NCBI GenBank assembly: GCA_963712115.1
Contig: CAVQGX010000033.1
Span: 32,001-96,000, forward strand
Source: an uncultured delta proteobacterium
GTDB lineage: Bacteria > Desulfobacterota > Syntrophobacteria > BM002
Direction of reading: 5' to 3'
Length of the DNA stretch: 64,000 nucleotides
Position 1 is the stretch's first letter; each line of letters begins with the position of its first letter. The position numbers were made by a program, and so were the translations under genes. This document shows positions 41,378 to 52,843 of this stretch, in pieces. The notes under the pieces are model-generated. The model had not been told where the DNA came from, did not search any database, and worked only from the letters and a program-made list of their open reading frames with translations.

Positions 41378-42640
41378 ATGGCAATGACCATTACCGAGAA
41401 GATTCTTGCTGCCCACGCGGGCTTGGACAGAGTTGAACCGGGAGAACTCATCGAAGTCGATGTTGACTTCTCTCTTGCCAACGACATTACCGCTCCTATA
41501 GCCATAGAGCGGTTTCGCCAGGCAGGGGCCAAAAAGATCTATGATGCGGCTAGGGTTGCCCTTGTCCCTGATCACTTCGTGCCCAATAAAGACATTGAAT
41601 CGGCTACCCAGTGCCAGCTACTGCGTGAGTTTGCCGCAGAGCACAAGCTTCCCCATTTCTTTGAAGTGGGACGCATGGGTATCGAACACGCACTTCTGCC
41701 CGAACAGGGACTGGTGCTTCCAGGAGATGTGGTGGTTGGCGCCGACAGTCACACCTGCACCTACGGAGGACTAGGGGCCTTCGCTACCGGAGTTGGAAGT
41801 ACAGATCTTGCTGCTGTTATGATCACTGGCCGAACTTGGTTCCGAGTGCCAGCATCCATCAAATTCGTTTACCATGGTAATCTGCGTCCTTGGGTCACAG
41901 GCAAAGATCTCATTCTTTACACTATCGGCCAAATCGGCGTAGATGGAGCCCGGTACCGGGCCATGGAGTTCACCGGTCCCGTTATTTCCCAACTTTCCAT
42001 GGATCAGCGACTGACCATGGCCAACATGGCCATTGAAGCCGGGGCAAAGAACGGCATAATCGCCCCTGATGATTGTACTCGCGCTTTTGTGGAGAAGAGG
42101 GCTCAGCGGACCTATCAATTCTACCAGAGCGACGACGATGCCCAATATGAGCAAGTGATCAAATACGATGTTAGCGAGATCGAACCCCAGGTGGCCCTGC
42201 CCCCTTCACCGGCCAACAGCCAACCGGTTTCATCTTTGGACAAAATTCCCATTGATCAGGTGGTGATCGGCTCTTGTACCAACGGTCGGCTAGAAGATTT
42301 GAGAGCGGCGGCCGAGATACTAAAAAATCGTCGGATAGCACCAGGGGTACGCTGTCTAATAATTCCAGCCACCCAACTCATCTACCGACAGGCAATGGAC
42401 GAAGGTTTATTTGCCATTTTCCTCGAGGCGGAGGCTGCCATCAGCACCCCAACCTGCGGCCCTTGCTTGGGTGGGTACATGGGCATTCTCGCTGCTGGCG
42501 AGAGGGCAGTGGCTACCACTAACCGTAATTTCGTCGGAAGGATGGGTCATCCGGAAAGCGAAGTGTATCTGGCCTCACCTGCCGTAGCTGCTGCCTCGGC
42601 TGTTCTCGGCCGTATTGCCAGCCCGGAGGATTTAGGTTAG
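41378..42640 (+). CDS. leuC: 3-isopropylmalate dehydratase large subunit (short HacA-like type)
   Basis: GADSHTCT, IGSCTNGR, CGPCLG, NRNFVGRMG. Confidence 0.93.
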   Translation: MAMTITEKILAAHAGLDRVEPGELIEVDVDFSLANDITAPIAIERFRQAGAKKIYDAARVALVPDHFVPNKDIESATQCQLLREFAAEHKLPHFFEVGRMGIEHALLPEQGLVLPGDVVVGADSHTCTYGGLGAFATGVGSTDLAAVMITGRTWFRVPASIKFVYHGNLRPWVTGKDLILYTIGQIGVDGARYRAMEFTGPVISQLSMDQRLTMANMAIEAGAKNGIIAPDDCTRAFVEKRAQRTYQFYQSDDDAQYEQVIKYDVSEIEPQVALPPSPANSQPVSSLDKIPIDQVVIGSCTNGRLEDLRAAAEILKNRRIAPGVRCLIIPATQLIYRQAMDEGLFAIFLEAEAAISTPTCGPCLGGYMGILAAGERAVATTNRNFVGRMGHPESEVYLASPAVAAASAVLGRIASPEDLG

Positions 42641-42820
42641 GGGCATTTGCTATTTCGGGAAGTTGGATTGGTCGGCATGCCAGCGTGCGACTAGGCCAAT
42701 CTAACTAAGCATGTGGGACTAAGCACTTAAAAGAATCATTTGTAAACAGGTATTTGGTGCCTAGTGCTTACTGCCTAGTGCCCAGTAAAACATAGTGCTA
42801 TGCAACCCCTGGAGGTGCGG

Positions 42821-43321
42821 ATGAAATTATCTGGAAAAGCTTGGAAATTCGGGGCGGATATTGACACTGATGCCATTATTCCGGCTCGCTATCTGAACAC
42901 TTCGGATCCGCGGGAGCTTGCCCTCCATTGCATGGAGGACGCCGATCCCGAGTTTGCGCAAAAGGTCTCGCCAGGTGATGTTGTCGTGGCTGATAAAAAT
43001 TTCGGTTGCGGCTCATCCCGAGAACACGCCCCCATTGCCATTAAAGCGGCCGGGGTGAGCTGCGTAATTGCCGCAAGCTTCGCCCGTATTTTTTACCGCA
43101 ATGCCTTTAATATGGGATTGCCTATCTTGGAGTCGCCAGAGGCGGCGGCAGATGTCGTCACAGGTGAGCAACTTGAAATAGATCTGGCAACTGGAACTAT
43201 TGTCAACAAGAGCCGAAATCTTACCTATAAGGCGCAGCCAGTGCCGGTTTTCATGCAAGAATTATTGGCCGCCGGCGGCTTAATTCCCTATGTTATGAAA
43301 CGTCTCAGTTCCTCTGAGTGA
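42821..43321 (+). CDS. leuD: 3-isopropylmalate dehydratase small subunit
   Basis: IDTDAIIPARYL, NFGCGSSREHA, FARIFYRN. Confidence 0.93.
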   Translation: MKLSGKAWKFGADIDTDAIIPARYLNTSDPRELALHCMEDADPEFAQKVSPGDVVVADKNFGCGSSREHAPIAIKAAGVSCVIAASFARIFYRNAFNMGLPILESPEAAADVVTGEQLEIDLATGTIVNKSRNLTYKAQPVPVFMQELLAAGGLIPYVMKRLSSSE

Positions 43322-43562
43322 ACACTTTGTAGAAAATCCTAAATGCGAATATCGAAATGCGAAACAATTTTAAATTTTCAAAATCCAAATTACCGAAACT
43401 TGATTTTTTGATTACGAGGCCGTTTGGAACGTTGGAGAATTTGTATTTTGAATTTGTTTCGTGCTTCTGATTTAGGATTTAGGATTTGCTTCGAAACCAC
43501 GGAAGGATCTAAGGCGGTCGCGGTGATTTCAACGTGTGGATTTTCTTTTGCAGGAGGTGTTA

Positions 43563-44627
43563 ATGGGAAGCTCTTATCGGATTGGCTTGATACCCGGTGA
43601 CGGTACCGGCCCTGAGGTTGTGGCGGAAGGATTAAAAGCGCTTGCGGCGGTCGCTGAACGCAATGGCTTCTCCTATGAACTGATTAGGTACGATTTGGGC
43701 GGAGATCGTTATCTAAAAACTGGTGAAACTCTGCCCGCCTCAGTTCTTGAAGAACTCAAAAATTTGCACGCTATTTACTTAGGTGCCATAGGTCACCCTG
43801 AGGTTCCACCCGGTATTTTGGAACAGGGAATCCTGTTGACCATCCGCTTTGCTCTCGACCAATATATCAATCTGCGCCCGGTGGTGCTTTATCCCGGGGT
43901 CTGGACCCCACTTCGAGACAAGAAGCCTGAAGACATCGACTGCGTGGTGGTCCGCGAAAATACGGAAGGTCTCTATGTTGGCAGCGGTGGTTTCTTGAGA
44001 AAGGGAACCCCGGACGAGGTGGCCATCCAGGAATCGGTCAATACCCGCAAAGGCGTGGAACGCTGTATCCGCTATGCTTTCGAGCTGTGCCGTCGCCAGG
44101 GGCGTAAAAAGGTAACTCTCTGCGGCAAGACCAATGTGCTTACCTTTGCCTTCGACCTATGGGAGCGTACCTTTCATGAAGTGGCTGAGGAATACAAGGA
44201 TATCCAAAGGGACTATGCTCACGTAGACGCTCTTTGCATGTGGATGGTGAAAAATCCGGAATGGTTTGACGTCATTGTGACCGACAATATGTTCGGCGAC
44301 ATCATTACCGATCTCGGAGCCATGATTCAGGGAGGTATGGGTATAGCTGCCGGGGGCAACATCAACCCTGAGGGTGTATCCATGTTTGAGCCCATAGGAG
44401 GTTCAGCTCCCAAATACACTGGTAAAAACATGATTAATCCTTTGGCAGCCATTGCCGCCTTGGCCATGCTTCTGGATTACCTCGGAGAAGAAAATGCAGG
44501 AGATCAGGTTGAAGAGGCTATCAAAAAAGTGGTAAAAGATGACATTAAAAGCATGGATGCCGGGCGTATGGGTTACACCACCCAGGAGGTTGGTGATCTG
44601 GTAGCAAGATACATTACTGAAGCCTAA
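43563..44627 (+). CDS. leuB: 3-isopropylmalate dehydrogenase
   Basis: [31 protein letters not shown]. Confidence 0.9.
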   Translation: MGSSYRIGLIPGDGTGPEVVAEGLKALAAVAERNGFSYELIRYDLGGDRYLKTGETLPASVLEELKNLHAIYLGAIGHPEVPPGILEQGILLTIRFALDQYINLRPVVLYPGVWTPLRDKKPEDIDCVVVRENTEGLYVGSGGFLRKGTPDEVAIQESVNTRKGVERCIRYAFELCRRQGRKKVTLCGKTNVLTFAFDLWERTFHEVAEEYKDIQRDYAHVDALCMWMVKNPEWFDVIVTDNMFGDIITDLGAMIQGGMGIAAGGNINPEGVSMFEPIGGSAPKYTGKNMINPLAAIAALAMLLDYLGEENAGDQVEEAIKKVVKDDIKSMDAGRMGYTTQEVGDLVARYITEA

Positions 44628-44801
44628 GCAGTGTCCAACCACAGCAACTCTTTCCCCTCCCATGGTGGCCTCTGGCTCGGAGAGCTTACGCCTCGGAGAG
44701 GAGGGATTAAGGGGAAGAGATCGTAGAGCGCAAAGAGCAGAGCGCATAGCGTTTGGCGCTATGCGCCGTGCGGATTTTCATCCCATGAGAGGTTAAAACC
44801 A

Positions 44802-45821
44802 ATGGCGAAAGAGTATCATGTAGCGGTAGCCGGCGCCACGGGCGCGGTGGGCAACGAGATGATCAAGATCCTCCAGGAGCTGGAGTTTCCTTTAGCCTCC
44901 CTCAAGCTTTTGGCATCTTCCCGCTCTGCCGGAAAGACCCTAGAGTTTCGCGGTGAAGACTTGCCCGTTGAGGAGCTCCGAGCGGATTCTTTTGAAGGAC
45001 TGGATATAGCTCTTTTCTCGGCAGGCGCCGGACCGAGTCGAGAATTTGCCCCGGCAGCTGCCAATTCCGGCTGTGTGGTAATTGACAATTCTAGCGCCTG
45101 GCGTATGGATCCCGAAGTACCTCTGGTGGTACCAGAGGTAAATCCTCACGCCGTAGCCGATTACGAAAAAAAAGGAATCATAGCCAACCCCAATTGCTCT
45201 ACCATTCAAATGGTGGTCGTTCTCAAACCCATTTACGACGCTGCCGGGATCGAGCGGGTGGTGGTGTCTACCTACCAGGCGGTTTCAGGCACCGGCAAAC
45301 GGGCAATGGAAGAACTGACAAGCCAAACCAGAAATTTACTCAGCTTTCAGGAAGCCAAACCTGAGGTTTATCCATACCGAATTGCCTTCAACTGCTTCCC
45401 CCACATCGGCAGTTTTCTGGAAAATGGCTATACCGAAGAAGAAATGAAAATGGTCCATGAAACCCAGAAAATAATGGAAGATCCCACCATCCGGGTGAGC
45501 GCAACCACAGTGCGGATCCCGGTATTCTATGGTCACTCTGAGGCCGTGAACATCCAAACCAAAAGGAAGCTTACAGCCAAAGAAACCAGAGTTTTGCTTG
45601 TTCAAGCCCCAGGGGTAAGAGTGATGGACAATCCAGATGAACGAATTTATCCAATGCCATTGCATGCGGCGGGTATCAACGAGACCCTGGTGGGCAGAAT
45701 CCGAGAGGACACTTCCATTGAAAATGGGCTCGACCTTTGGATAGTGGCTGACAACATACGCAAGGGTGCTGCCCTGAACACAGTGCAGATTGCAGAGCTT
45801 TTGGCGAAAGACTATATTTAG
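44802..45821 (+). CDS. asd: Aspartate-semialdehyde dehydrogenase
   Basis: GATGAVG, IANPNCSTIQM, YGHSE, DNIRKGAALN. Confidence 0.97.
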   Translation: MAKEYHVAVAGATGAVGNEMIKILQELEFPLASLKLLASSRSAGKTLEFRGEDLPVEELRADSFEGLDIALFSAGAGPSREFAPAAANSGCVVIDNSSAWRMDPEVPLVVPEVNPHAVADYEKKGIIANPNCSTIQMVVVLKPIYDAAGIERVVVSTYQAVSGTGKRAMEELTSQTRNLLSFQEAKPEVYPYRIAFNCFPHIGSFLENGYTEEEMKMVHETQKIMEDPTIRVSATTVRIPVFYGHSEAVNIQTKRKLTAKETRVLLVQAPGVRVMDNPDERIYPMPLHAAGINETLVGRIREDTSIENGLDLWIVADNIRKGAALNTVQIAELLAKDYI

Positions 45822-46020
45822 CCCGGTCAGTTGTCCGTAGTTGGCTCACTGCCTTCGCAGCAAAGCGCAGAGTGCCAAGCGGATAGGGTTAAAGCGATAA
45901 AGGAGAAAGACCGACTTTTCTTGCTTTTCCCGCTTTTCTCGCCGGTAAACGCTATGCGCTGCGCGACTTGAGACACTTTAGACACTTTAGGAACTTTAGG
46001 CATTTTGGGCATTTCTATTA

Positions 46021-46830
46021 ATGAAATTCCTCCAAGATCTCACACTTGGCCACTACTACCCCACTGAGTCAGCAATTCACTCCCTCGATCCACGGGTAAA
46101 GCTCTTAGGTTTGTTTCTGAGTGGAATTACACTTTTCTCCCTTGATAGAGTTTGGGGCTTGGCCATCTTTTTTCTCGCAGCCCTTTGGCTCATACGCTGT
46201 TCTCACCTACCACTGACTACTGTCCTCCGGGGATTGCGCCCCTTCGGCTGGCTTTTCCTTTTGACCGCTTGTTTGCAGCTGTTTTTCACTTCAGGGCAAC
46301 CAATTCTTCCTTTTGATTTGGGACCGCTGGATATTACTCGGGAGGGGGTCCATCAAGCAATTCGCATCGGGGGCCAACTAGCTCTTTTTATATTGTTTTC
46401 CTCCATTCTTACCCTGACTACTTCACCTATGGAACTGCTCCGCGCCTTGGAAAAGTTTGGCAGCCCTCTCAAACGAGTCCGCATTCCAGTGGCAGATCTA
46501 TGCCTGGCCATGCTCCTTTGCATTCGCTTTCTTCCCATACTGGGTCAAGAGGCGGAAAGGATTATTGAAGCCCAAGCGGCGCGGGGTATAGATCTCAAGT
46601 CTGGAACATGGCGTAATCGCCTAGAAAAATTCCATGGCATTTTTCTTCCCCTACTTTATAATGTCTTGGGACGCGCCGAGGAGCTGGCAACTGCTATGGC
46701 AGTCCGCGGCTACGGACAGGCCGTAGAAAAGCAGACCCTGAAGAGTATGCGTATGTCCAGGGGAGACCGTTTGAGCCTGGTAGCGATTGTTTTTTGGTGC
46801 ATCACGCTTTTTTGGTTCTTCCGTGGGTGA
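46021..46830 (+). CDS. ECF transporter T component (CbiQ/EcfT)
   Basis: HSLDPRVKL, RFLP, AQAARG and AMAVRGY motifs. Confidence 0.9.
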   Translation: MKFLQDLTLGHYYPTESAIHSLDPRVKLLGLFLSGITLFSLDRVWGLAIFFLAALWLIRCSHLPLTTVLRGLRPFGWLFLLTACLQLFFTSGQPILPFDLGPLDITREGVHQAIRIGGQLALFILFSSILTLTTSPMELLRALEKFGSPLKRVRIPVADLCLAMLLCIRFLPILGQEAERIIEAQAARGIDLKSGTWRNRLEKFHGIFLPLLYNVLGRAEELATAMAVRGYGQAVEKQTLKSMRMSRGDRLSLVAIVFWCITLFWFFRG

Positions 46831-47393
46831 GGTTCAAATTGCGAATTATCGCCGGCGAGTACAAAGGGCTACGCTTGGCCACCCCAAAGGGCAAGCGTCT
46901 GCGACCCACGGCCGACCGGGTGAGGGAGGCCATCTTCAACATTCTCGGTTATGATTTAAGTGGACTCTGGGTTCTTGACCTTTTCGCCGGCACCGGGGCC
47001 ATGGGATTAGAGGCACTCAGTCGCGGCGCAGGCTTTGTGGTCATGGTGGACCAGCACCCTGCTGCCATACGGCTGATTGGCCGCAACCTGGCTGCCTGTG
47101 ACAACCCCGAGCACGCCAGGGTCTACAAGCTGGATTTGCGCCGGGGCCTTAAGGGCTTAACTAACCAGGATTACAGCTTTGACTTAGTGTTTCTGGATCC
47201 CCCATACGGACGGGGGTTGACCCAGCGCTGCCTGGAGCAACTCGGAACCGGCAAGCTCCTAAAAGCGGCCGCCACCGTGGTTAGCGAGCATGCCATTGAC
47301 GAGAAACTCACTTCAACCTATGGATGCCTTCGCCGCCAGACCATGCGGGTTTATGGGACTACTGGAGTGAGCTTTTACTCACGGGGAGAATAG
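46827..47393 (+). CDS. rsmD: 16S rRNA m2G966 methyltransferase
   Basis: RIIAGEYKG, RPTADRVREAIF, LDLFAGTG, FLDPPY. Confidence 0.95.
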   Translation: MRFKLRIIAGEYKGLRLATPKGKRLRPTADRVREAIFNILGYDLSGLWVLDLFAGTGAMGLEALSRGAGFVVMVDQHPAAIRLIGRNLAACDNPEHARVYKLDLRRGLKGLTNQDYSFDLVFLDPPYGRGLTQRCLEQLGTGKLLKAAATVVSEHAIDEKLTSTYGCLRRQTMRVYGTTGVSFYSRGE

Positions 47394-47399
47394 AAAACA

Positions 47400-47906
47400 A
47401 TGAAAGACCAGAGATTGACTGTCTACGCTGGTTCCTTTGATCCTATCACCAACGGGCATCTGGATTTATTGGAGCGAGCTTTAAAGATGTTCGACAACAT
47501 TATCATTGCCGTGGCTGAGAACCCGGCCAAAGAACCGCTTTTTACCCTCGAGGAACGGCTTGAACTCATTCGTGCCAGTCTGGCCAATCACGCGGAGCCC
47601 CATCGTATAAAGGTTGACAGCTTTAAGGGACTGCTGGTGGATTACGTTGAGAGGTGCGGAGCTATGGCCATTCTCAGAGGTTTACGAGCCGTAAGCGACT
47701 TCGAGTACGAGTTTCAGATGGCTCTTATGAACCGGAAGTTGAATAGAAGGCCGGAAACTCTATATCTGATGACCGGTGCACGTTGGATCTACATCTCATC
47801 TAGAATAATCAAGGAGGTAGTCCAGGCGGGAGGCAGAGTTACCGGATTGGTACCAGAGGCTGTTGAAAAAAAGCTGCGGGAAAAGATTTTGGGCGAGACG
47901 GGTTGA
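47400..47906 (+). CDS. coaD: Pantetheine-phosphate adenylyltransferase
   Basis: GSFDPITNGH, RGLRAVSDFEYE, ISSRIIKE. Confidence 0.97.
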   Translation: MKDQRLTVYAGSFDPITNGHLDLLERALKMFDNIIIAVAENPAKEPLFTLEERLELIRASLANHAEPHRIKVDSFKGLLVDYVERCGAMAILRGLRAVSDFEYEFQMALMNRKLNRRPETLYLMTGARWIYISSRIIKEVVQAGGRVTGLVPEAVEKKLREKILGETG

Positions 47907-48211
47907 TTCTAGATTTTTAGTCTAACCAGATAAATCAGATTAACTCATTAGACAGCCAGCGTTTTAATTGAGGAGTGAACCGACCCAACAAGCTGCGGTT
48001 TTCTTCTCGCCTTTTACCCTTGCCATTTCATTATTTTTACTTTCCTTTCGTCCCTTGTAGAGTTTCTCCATGGAAGCAATAGAATATCTTGCGACCTAGA
48101 TTTTTTCTGAATGGCCTATATATATGGCATAGGGCATGGAGCATAGGGCAGAATTGCGGATTTAAAAAATATCATATCTGGATATTAATTAGGTTGGATA
48201 ATAAGCGTCAG

Positions 48212-48892
48212 ATGAAAATTAGAGTTGAATACATATCTTTTGAAACACGTGCTGCAAGAACCATATACCTGGCAGAGAAATTTAGCCGTTATTTGGTTGG
48301 ACGCACACTTGATGTTGGATGCGACGAGGCTCATTTAAAAGAACTGCTTCCCGACATAGAATACACCGGATTAGATATTGCTGGGAATCCGGATATAAGA
48401 TTGGATCTTGAAAAGGTCGAATGGTTGCCTTTCCGTGATAGTTCTTACGACTGTGTCATATGTGTAGATGTATTGGAGCACCTTGATAACCTGCATCGCA
48501 TCTTCGGAGAGTTGATCAGAGTGGCAAAGAAGAATTTAATTATCTCTTTGCCGAACTGCTGGTCAGTAGCCAGACGGCCCCTTGGAAAAGGAAAGGGTTC
48601 TTTCGCTCACTATGGTTTGCCGCAGGATCCACCATCTGACAGGCATAAATGGTTTTTCAGCCTTTCTCAAGCAAGAGAATTTGTTTTGCAGCAAGCGAGA
48701 AGATACGGAATTTCCATCGCTGAGCTTCATGCAACAGAGAAACCGAGGCTGGGCCTTGTAAGGGCCCTACGTAAAATCCGTTATCCCAAGCAGGAGTCCT
48801 ATCTAAACCGGTATGCCCATACCTTATGGGCGGTTTTTTATAAAGCTGAAGTAGTCTGCCAGAATTTGAGCATGATCGAACGCCAGCGATGA
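48212..48892 (+). CDS. Class I SAM-dependent methyltransferase
   Basis: [30 protein letters not shown]. Confidence 0.8.
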   Translation: MKIRVEYISFETRAARTIYLAEKFSRYLVGRTLDVGCDEAHLKELLPDIEYTGLDIAGNPDIRLDLEKVEWLPFRDSSYDCVICVDVLEHLDNLHRIFGELIRVAKKNLIISLPNCWSVARRPLGKGKGSFAHYGLPQDPPSDRHKWFFSLSQAREFVLQQARRYGISIAELHATEKPRLGLVRALRKIRYPKQESYLNRYAHTLWAVFYKAEVVCQNLSMIERQR

Positions 48893-49273
48893 AGGCAGGT
48901 CTTCTTTGCTAAACACTCCCACCTCAAGGGCGTCATCTCTGGCCTCTGGCTTACCTCGGGCGTGAGCCAAGAAAACTACCGAGATAGTGTGGTGGCGTGG
49001 ATCCCGATCAGGAGCAGAGTACGCACCGAGCTGCCCTAAAAGCTCTACTTTTAGAGATGTCTCTTCCCGGGCCTCACGCCGGGCTGCATCCTCCAGCGAC
49101 TCGCCGTAATCCACAAAGCCACCAGGTATAGCCCAGCCAAAAGGCTCCTTAGCCCTCTTGATCAAGATGATCCCTTTGTCTTCCAGTTCAATTATGATGT
49201 CCACCGTGGGTATAGGGTTTCTGTAACTGTACACCAACCTGCCACAATGGGGACAGGTCAATCCTTCTTTCAA
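48824..49273 (-). CDS. NUDIX hydrolase (ADP-ribose pyrophosphatase-like)
   Basis: [37 protein letters not shown]. Confidence 0.9.
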   Translation of the reverse strand: MKEGLTCPHCGRLVYSYRNPIPTVDIIIELEDKGIILIKRAKEPFGWAIPGGFVDYGESLEDAARREAREETSLKVELLGQLGAYSAPDRDPRHHTISVVFLAHARGKPEARDDALEVGVFSKEDLPSSLAFDHAQILADYFSFIKNRP

Positions 49274-49434
49274 AGTTATCTCCTTTCCTTGGAGTCAGTA
49301 CTTCGTCCTTAGTCTTTGATCGTAGTCAATCTCAAATGCCTAAAATGTGCTAAAGTGTACTAAAATGAGCTAAAATGCTTAAATGGTCTGAATAAATGGC
49401 CAAAGTTAATTCGCAGTGATTCTTGACAAAATCA

Positions 49435-50727
49435 TTATTGCTTTCGCAGCAGTAGATGCTCCAAGATGAGTACCAGCACGATACCAACAACCAGGCCATT
49501 GCTCACTACCACTCCTATTGATGCAGGGAGGATCGCAAAGAAGGATGGTGGCAAGGCTGCAACCAATGTTCCTATGATCACAGGCAGCCCCACAACCAGG
49601 TAATCCCGGCCCGCCAAAGACCTTCCCCCTGAGGTAATCACCGAGATCCCTGCTCCCACTTGGGAACCCAAGGCAACACACAGGGCAGCACCGACCACCG
49701 TTGCAGGTACTGCAGTCAATAAGGCATTCAGTCGTGGTATGAAGGCTGCGACAAGTAAGATTATGCCGCACATGGCCTGAGCATATCTGCTCGCGACTCT
49801 GCTGACAAGGATCACGCCGGGACTACTGGAGTAACTAACCGTGCCCACCACACCTAACCCTGCAGCCGCCACTCCGGCCAAACCGGTCACCCCGATTCCT
49901 CGATCGACCCGCCTCGTCAGGTCCTCCTTTCCCACGATCTCCCCCACTCCATGAATGCTTCCCACTGAATTAACTACTACGGCCAGATAGGCAAAGAAGC
50001 ATGAAATGACGGCGGGCAGATAAAAGCGGGGCATTCCGGTCCAAAGCCGGGCCGGAAAAGAAAACCAGGATGCCTCCCTCACCGGCTGAAGGTCCATAAG
50101 GCCCCAGAGCCAGAAGATGAATGTGCCCACCACTATTCCCACTATCATAGCTGTCGTCTGCCAAAATCCTTTTAGCCAGTGGGATAAAATGGCGATGAGC
50201 ATGATCAGCGCCAAAGAAGCGGCAAATATTGCGCCGTCGCCCTTGGGATGGGCCGGATCAACGCCAATCAGCAGTGGTAACAAATAGGGCAAAAGGGTGA
50301 AAGCGATTAGCAGAAGTATCACTCCCACTACATTTGGAGTGAAATAGTTTGTCAAGTGGCGCATCCAACGAAGCCGCCCAATTACGAAAAGAATCAGACC
50401 ACCAAACAAGAAACCCCCTTTAATGGCCGCCAACCCGCTGGGCGCTAGGGTAACAAAGGTGAGGAGCAGTGCGGTGGCTGGTCCCTCTTGCAAAGGGTAC
50501 TTGTGCCCGGCCAAAGTTTGCCATGTGGTAAAAGTTCCTGCGAGTAAGAGAATTTTTTGAAAAAACGCCACCTCATCCTCGGTTGGTAAGTTGAGTGCTT
50601 TAGCAGAAATAGAGGCCACTATAACCAAAGCAGGGAACATAATCAGTGCCCACTGTGCTCCATATAAGAGATTGCGCCAAAAAGGGGGACGCTGGTTCAG
50701 GCTGTAAAAGAACCACTGGTCATCCAT
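49435..50727 (-). CDS. NCS2 (xanthine/uracil) permease
   Basis: Many TM helices, GHKYPLQEGP, SYSSSPGVILVSRVASR signature region. Confidence 0.85.
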   Translation of the reverse strand: MDDQWFFYSLNQRPPFWRNLLYGAQWALIMFPALVIVASISAKALNLPTEDEVAFFQKILLLAGTFTTWQTLAGHKYPLQEGPATALLLTFVTLAPSGLAAIKGGFLFGGLILFVIGRLRWMRHLTNYFTPNVVGVILLLIAFTLLPYLLPLLIGVDPAHPKGDGAIFAASLALIMLIAILSHWLKGFWQTTAMIVGIVVGTFIFWLWGLMDLQPVREASWFSFPARLWTGMPRFYLPAVISCFFAYLAVVVNSVGSIHGVGEIVGKEDLTRRVDRGIGVTGLAGVAAAGLGVVGTVSYSSSPGVILVSRVASRYAQAMCGIILLVAAFIPRLNALLTAVPATVVGAALCVALGSQVGAGISVITSGGRSLAGRDYLVVGLPVIIGTLVAALPPSFFAILPASIGVVVSNGLVVGIVLVLILEHLLLRKQ

Positions 50728-51001
50728 TTCACCCTCGTTCTTCATACTCAGGGGGAGAAGCACGCCTTAGGTCAGGCACTAAAGTGCGAGGTGCAGTTCG
50801 GGGGCACTGGAGCGCTGATTTCGGATTTTGGATTTCGGATTGAAAATCAAAAGATACGAATCGAAAACTGATTTAAAATTCCGCAATCGCGCTACTCCAA
50901 CACTCCAATACTCCAACACTCCTTTGGCGGTCTTAAGGTCGGAGCAATGGAGCTTTAATAGATCACGCCCAATGGACTAAGCTCTGCGAAAGGGGTGGTC
51001 T

Positions 51002-51952
51002 TTAATGTTGAATTTCGAATAATAGACTGATGGAATCTTCGTTGTGGATACTTTTTATGGCTTCAGCAAACAGCCTAGCCGATGAGAGCACTTTAAGGTT
51101 GGGGATGTTTCCTCTTTCTGGTCGCTTCGGTAGAGTGTCTGTGACAACTACCGAACCAAAAGGACTCTGGTTCAATCGTTCTACAGCTGGCCCGGAGAGA
51201 ATGGCATGGGTACAGCAGGCATGCACCGAACTGGCACCTTTGTCTAAAAGAGTACGGGCCGCTTCCACCAGAGTTCCACCAGTGTCCACCATGTCATCCA
51301 GAATAACCGCAGTCTTACCTCTCACCTCTCCGATTAGGTGCATAGCCTCAGCCTGGTTTGCACCTGCTCTCCGCTTGTCGATGAGGGCAAGCCCAGCGTT
51401 CAGTCTGCTGGCATATGCGCGGGCCCGGGGTACCCCTCCAGCGTCGGGGGCAACTATGACAACCTCTCGAAATTTCTCTCTGAGGTGAGGCAGAAGAATG
51501 GGAGAGGCATAGAGGTTATCCACAGGGATGTTGAAAAAGCCCTGGATCTGACCTGCATGCAAATCCATGGTGAGCACCCGATCAGCACCCACCGCCGTAA
51601 GGAGGTCGGCTACCAATCTTGCAGTGATAGGTACACGGGGTTTGTTTTTACGATCCTGGCGGGCGTATCCGTAGTAAGGCATTACGGCAGTGATCCTCCG
51701 TGCCGATGCTCTTCTCAGGGCGTCGATTATTACCAAAAGCTCCATAAGATTGTCGTTCACAGGATGGGCAAGGGACTGGATAACAAAGGTGTCTGTGCCT
51801 CTGACACTTTCTCCGAGCTCCACCAAGGTCTCGCCATCACTGAATCTATCGATTCTGGCCCGACCCAGGGAAATTCCAAGTTGATCACAGATCTTTTGTG
51901 CCAGCTTTGGGTTGCTATTGCCGCTCACGATTCTTAGGCCCACCGTTGCCAT
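51002..51952 (-). CDS. prs: Ribose-phosphate pyrophosphokinase
   Basis: [34 protein letters not shown]. Confidence 0.97.
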   Translation of the reverse strand: MATVGLRIVSGNSNPKLAQKICDQLGISLGRARIDRFSDGETLVELGESVRGTDTFVIQSLAHPVNDNLMELLVIIDALRRASARRITAVMPYYGYARQDRKNKPRVPITARLVADLLTAVGADRVLTMDLHAGQIQGFFNIPVDNLYASPILLPHLREKFREVVIVAPDAGGVPRARAYASRLNAGLALIDKRRAGANQAEAMHLIGEVRGKTAVILDDMVDTGGTLVEAARTLLDKGASSVHACCTHAILSGPAVERLNQSPFGSVVVTDTLPKRPERGNIPNLKVLSSARLFAEAIKSIHNEDSISLLFEIQH

Positions 51953-52244
51953 ATCCGACTCTCCTTACAGAAAGATTACGGCCTGCTAACATATTACAGT
52001 CCAGCCCAAATGGCAAGACTTGAAGATTCCCTATCTTATTTTTTGGAAGAGGTCTGACTGATCGTTACGGTGGGGAGGCCAAAACAACGTTTCTCAGCAG
52101 AGCGCAGAGCGTATGAATTCATTGATACGAATTTGGATCTGATTGTTTGCAGACTGAGAAAAGAAAAGCATGGAACTGGTAATGTGGAGTCTATGCAAAA
52201 AACGCTTTTTCGCCATGCGCTATGCTCTATGCCCTATGCGCTAC

Positions 52245-52613
52245 TTAGTGACCGCCACAATGATCACAGCAGTGAACTGTGGCCGCCAAGGCCTTGACAA
52301 CCTCTTTGGGTTCAGCCTTTACAACTTCAACGACTTTCAGCTCAAGGGCCAAACCGCTCTCCAATTTAGGCCACTCCTCTTGAGATAGTAGACGGGATGC
52401 TACAAACGCTGCTGTATCAGGATCTAGATTAAGTTCCAGATGGTCGCCTTCTCTTAGGTTCTCTAGTTGCTGGTCCACCCCATCAATCCAGGACTCTACT
52501 CCATAGAGAAAGCGGTGCTGCCCTGATTTTTCAATGACCCTGTCCTCCCGGTCCTTATCATGCAACCGAAAAACAACCGTAACATAATGCAGTGGCATCA
52601 CTTGTGACGACAT
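52245..52613 (-). CDS. Degenerate FKBP/SlyD-like protein with His/Cys tail
   Basis: VTVVFRL..FLYG..IDGVDQQLENLREGD..LELKVVEVVKA and C-terminal HCCDHCGGH. Confidence 0.55.
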   Translation of the reverse strand: MSSQVMPLHYVTVVFRLHDKDREDRVIEKSGQHRFLYGVESWIDGVDQQLENLREGDHLELNLDPDTAAFVASRLLSQEEWPKLESGLALELKVVEVVKAEPKEVVKALAATVHCCDHCGGH

Positions 52614-52843
52614 TGCGGTGATCTCCCCAGCGTATTGTGAGCTTGATTAATTTATCATACCATTTTTTATTTTATCGACCTTATACCACTTTTTCCATCA
52701 ACAATGTACCTTATCCGCAGATTTATCTCTTCTTGTTGTTTTTCTATCTCTCCGGTGCATCTGACAAAAAAAGTCAGAAATATTTGATTTTTTCACTCCT
52801 TGCCGATACTATTCGAACGGGCATCATCTAGAAGGGGGTAGAA

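Noticed and set aside
8351-51937. Numerous antisense or alternate-frame ORFs within housekeeping genes
   Set aside because: Shadow ORFs of well-supported genes
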